This document shows, one piece after another, positions 51,358 through 53,436 of a DNA stretch of 53,436 nucleotides. The notes below the pieces were generated by a model. The model did not search any database, was not told the DNA's origin, and worked only from the letters and a program-made list of their open reading frames with translations. The DNA is taken from assembly GCA_034420575.1 (NCBI GenBank), contig DAOULE010000210.1, positions 1-53,436 of the forward strand, read 5' to 3'. A program made the translations under genes and the position numbers. Numbering within the stretch: the stretch's first letter is position 1; each line of letters begins with the position of its first letter. This stretch comes from Dehalococcoidia bacterium. GTDB lineage: Bacteria > Chloroflexota > Dehalococcoidia > UBA2979.

Positions 51358-52014
51358 CTACTCCGCGAGGGAGAGGGTGGAGAGCACCCGGCCCTGCACC
51401 TCGACGTTGTCGGCCGCGGTGTAGATCGGGTCCATCGTCGAGTTCGCGGGCTGGAGGCGGACGCGCTCGCCCTCGCGGTAGAGCCGCTTGAGCGTCGTCT
51501 CGCTCTCGTCCTTCAGCCACACCGCGACGCGCTCGCCGTCGTCACAGGTGTTGGTCGGCTCGAGGATCACGATGTCGCCGTCGTTGATCAGGTCCTCGAT
51601 CATCGAGGTCCCCTCGACGCGCAGCGCGAAGGCCTGCGTGCGGCCCTTCGTCTGCTCGCGCGTGACCTCGATCTGCTCGACGTCGGGGCCCAGCGTCTCC
51701 GGGAAGGTCGGGATCGGGCTCCCGGCCGCAATCTTGCCGAGGACCGGCACGGTCAGCGGCGCGCGGCGGCGGCGGCCCGAGCCGTCCAGCAGCTCGATGC
51801 CGCGCGAGACCTCGCGGTCGCGGCGGATGTAGCCGCGCTCCTCGAGGCGCTTGAGGTTGTAGTCCACCACGGACGTCGAGGAGATCTCGCAACCCTGCTG
51901 GATGTCCCGGATCGAGGGCGGGTAGTCCTTCTCCGCCATGAACTCGTCCAGGAACGCTAGGATGCGGCGCTGCCGCGCGGAGAGATCGTCGCCTGCTTGC
52001 ACCATGCCGGTCAC
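51358..52014 (-). CDS. lexA: LexA repressor (SOS regulator, S24 autopeptidase)
   Basis: 218 aa. It has a winged-helix N-terminus LSARQRRILAFLDEF...PPSIRDIQ, the cleavage-site region VLGKIAAGSPI, and VEGTSMIEDLINDGDIVIL...TLKRL (Ser/Lys dyad). Confidence 0.9.
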   Translation of the reverse strand: MTGMVQAGDDLSARQRRILAFLDEFMAEKDYPPSIRDIQQGCEISSTSVVDYNLKRLEERGYIRRDREVSRGIELLDGSGRRRRAPLTVPVLGKIAAGSPIPTFPETLGPDVEQIEVTREQTKGRTQAFALRVEGTSMIEDLINDGDIVILEPTNTCDDGERVAVWLKDESETTLKRLYREGERVRLQPANSTMDPIYTAADNVEVQGRVLSTLSLAE

Positions 52015-52179
52015 CTGCCCTCGCTGCGTCCGGCGCCGCCGAGGGTCCCCCGCTGCGGGGTCGCCCTGGTCTCACCGGCCCGATGGTCTGCCGCCCCCGC
52101 CGCAGTCCTCCGGTTAGGGTCCGGCGGGTGCCTGCCCGCCGCCCACGGCACCCCGCGTCCGCCTCGCGGACCGCGCGAT

Positions 52180-52204
52180 GCACGTATGTTCGCAACAAAC
52201 GTAC
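52180..52204 (-). promoter_or_regulatory. candidate degenerate SOS boxes upstream of lexA (minus strand GTACgtttGTTG-c-GAACatacGTGC)
   Basis: This is the only AT-rich patch in the lexA / PIG-L divergent spacer. Each half-site pair has 1-2 mismatches to GAAC-N4-GTTC. It lies about 170-190 nt from the lexA start. Confidence 0.3.
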
Positions 52205-52346
52205 TTTGGCGTACGCCCTTCCGTCAAGCACCCGCCGTCACGCCGCCGCCGTGACCCGCCACGACACCATGTCTCACGCCCCATGTTGCGCGCCGACGCC
52301 GTCCGCTACCCTGCGCTACGGCGATACGCATCGAAAGGCGGCACCC

Positions 52347-53099
52347 GTGAGCGCGAGCCTCGAGGATCTCTTCGGCGAGCAGGCGCCCGGCGCACCCGAC
52401 CCGGAGGCCGGCGAGCTCGAGCGCGCCATGGTCATCGCCGCCCACCCCGACGACGCCGACTTCGGCGCCGCCGGCGCGGCGGCCCTGCTCGCGCGGGCCG
52501 GCTGGGAGGTGCGTTACCTCGTCGTCACCGACGGCTCCAAGGGCTCCGACGACCCGAAGTTCACCACCGAGACGCTCGTCGCCACGCGCGACAAGGAGCA
52601 GCGCGACGCCGCGCGCGTGCTCGGCGTCGCGTCGGTCGGGTTCCTCGGCTACACGGACGGCGAGCTGGTCTATTCGCGGGAGCTGCTGGGCGACATCACG
52701 CGCGAGATCCGCGCGTTCCGGCCGCACGCCGTCTTCACCCACGACCCCGAGCCGATCATCCACGACCAGGGCTTCATCAACCACAACGACCACCGCTTCA
52801 CCGGCCTCGCCACCGTCGACGCCGTCTACCCCACCGCCCGTGACCGCCTCAACTTCCCCGAGCACCTCGAGGACGGCCTCGAGACCCACAAGGTCGCCGA
52901 GCTGTACCTGTGGGGCTCGAACAGGGCCAACTTCGACGTCGACATCTCCGCGGTCGTCGACACCAAGATCGAGGCGCTGCTCGCCCACGTCAGCCAGTTC
53001 GGGGACAGCAACGACTTCGTCGAGTTCGCGCGCGAGCGCTGGCGCGACGAGGAGGGCCGCTACCTCGAGTCGTTCCGGCAGGTGGTGATGTTCCGGTGA
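52347..53099 (+). CDS. PIG-L/LmbE family deacetylase
   Basis: The tail of ORF 52083..53099, starting at GTG 52347 (GAAAGG upstream). It has VIAAHPDDADFGAAG...VVTDGSKG...HNDHRFTG. Confidence 0.85.
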   Translation: MSASLEDLFGEQAPGAPDPEAGELERAMVIAAHPDDADFGAAGAAALLARAGWEVRYLVVTDGSKGSDDPKFTTETLVATRDKEQRDAARVLGVASVGFLGYTDGELVYSRELLGDITREIRAFRPHAVFTHDPEPIIHDQGFINHNDHRFTGLATVDAVYPTARDRLNFPEHLEDGLETHKVAELYLWGSNRANFDVDISAVVDTKIEALLAHVSQFGDSNDFVEFARERWRDEEGRYLESFRQVVMFR

Positions 53100-53436
53100 A
53101 CGGCGCGCACGACGAGTCGGCCGAGGCGTCCGGGCCTGCCGGGCCGGGACCCGGCCACCAGCACCTCGAGCACCGCTTCTGCCCGCAGTGCGCGGCCGAA
53201 CTCGAGCCCGGGCGCGGCCCGGGCGGACAGCCGGGCTGCTCCCTGTGCGGCTTCGTGCGCTTCGACAACCCGAAGGTCGCGACCGGCGTCGTCGTGGAGC
53301 ACGAGGGCCGCGTGGTGCTCGTGCGCCGCAACCACGAGCCGATGATGGGCCGCTGGACCTTCCCGTCGGGTTTCGTCGACGCCGGCGAGGTCGTCGAGGA
53401 CGCCGCCCGCCGCGAGGCGTTCGAGGAGGCGGGCGT
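53096..53436 (+). CDS. NUDIX hydrolase with N-terminal zinc ribbon (NudC-like); 3' end runs off the window
   Basis: Manual translation from GTG 53096 (GTGA overlap with the upstream stop). It has CPQCAAEL...CSLCGF, then the Nudix box GFVDAGEVVEDAARREAFEEAG. It is absent from the ORF track because there is no stop in the window. Confidence 0.8.
   Translation, partial: MNGAHDESAEASGPAGPGPGHQHLEHRFCPQCAAELEPGRGPGGQPGCSLCGFVRFDNPKVATGVVVEHEGRVVLVRRNHEPMMGRWTFPSGFVDAGEVVEDAARREAFEEAG

Noticed and set aside
51152-51520. 122-aa minus-strand ORF overlapping the lexA 3' end and the downstream spacer.
   Set aside because: It is Arg/Gly/Ala-rich junk in a frame different from the coding-like frame noted in the findings, and it overlaps the well-supported lexA CDS.
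1-53436. Search by eye of all intergenic spacers for tRNA, rRNA, tmRNA, riboswitch-like leaders, transposase or integrase genes, and terminal inverted repeats.
   Set aside because: Nothing convincing was found. The spacers are short, and the only structured ones are reported above. A covariance-model scan would be needed to exclude small RNAs.

Overview
This is a 53.4-kb, very GC-rich chromosomal segment (roughly 70% GC by eye). It comes from a high-GC monoderm-type bacterium, either Actinomycetota or Chloroflexota/Thermomicrobia-like; the sequence alone cannot decide. I support about 60 protein-coding genes. I found no rRNA, tRNA, CRISPR array, transposase or integrase.

Gene content, in order:
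- A 5'-truncated-by-window acyl-CoA dehydrogenase.
- Three tandem paralogous Tat-lipoprotein family-5 solute-binding proteins (SBPs), with one orphan DppD-like ABC ATPase and no permeases.
- A phosphate, arsenic and polyphosphate supercluster: pstSCAB-phoU, MIP channel-arsC, CYTH-CHAD and ppx.
- Housekeeping genes: IMPase, thyX, YceI, MFS, PPOX, nfo, ferredoxin, dut, a second MIP channel, plsY, SirB1-like, YjbQ, MidA, IscU-MocA-GNAT-MBL, an nuoI/nuoG-like pair, rhodanese, HAD, DUF429, 2-hydroxyacid dehydrogenase, pyrE, lexA, PIG-L and NUDIX.

Accessory, visibly lower-GC islets:
- A type II restriction-modification (R-M) pair, preceded by a perfect GAAC-N4-GTTC palindrome.
- A higB toxin with a HigA antitoxin fused to an ImmA/IrrE-like HExxH peptidase.
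- Two vapBC pairs, one carrying a 34-bp duplication at the antitoxin/toxin junction and a regularly spaced CACAGT operator array.
- A DUF402-GNAT-DUF402 cassette.

Most long ORFs in the supplied track that run antisense to these genes are high-GC shadow ORFs. All functional calls rest on reading motifs in the translations. No database search was run.
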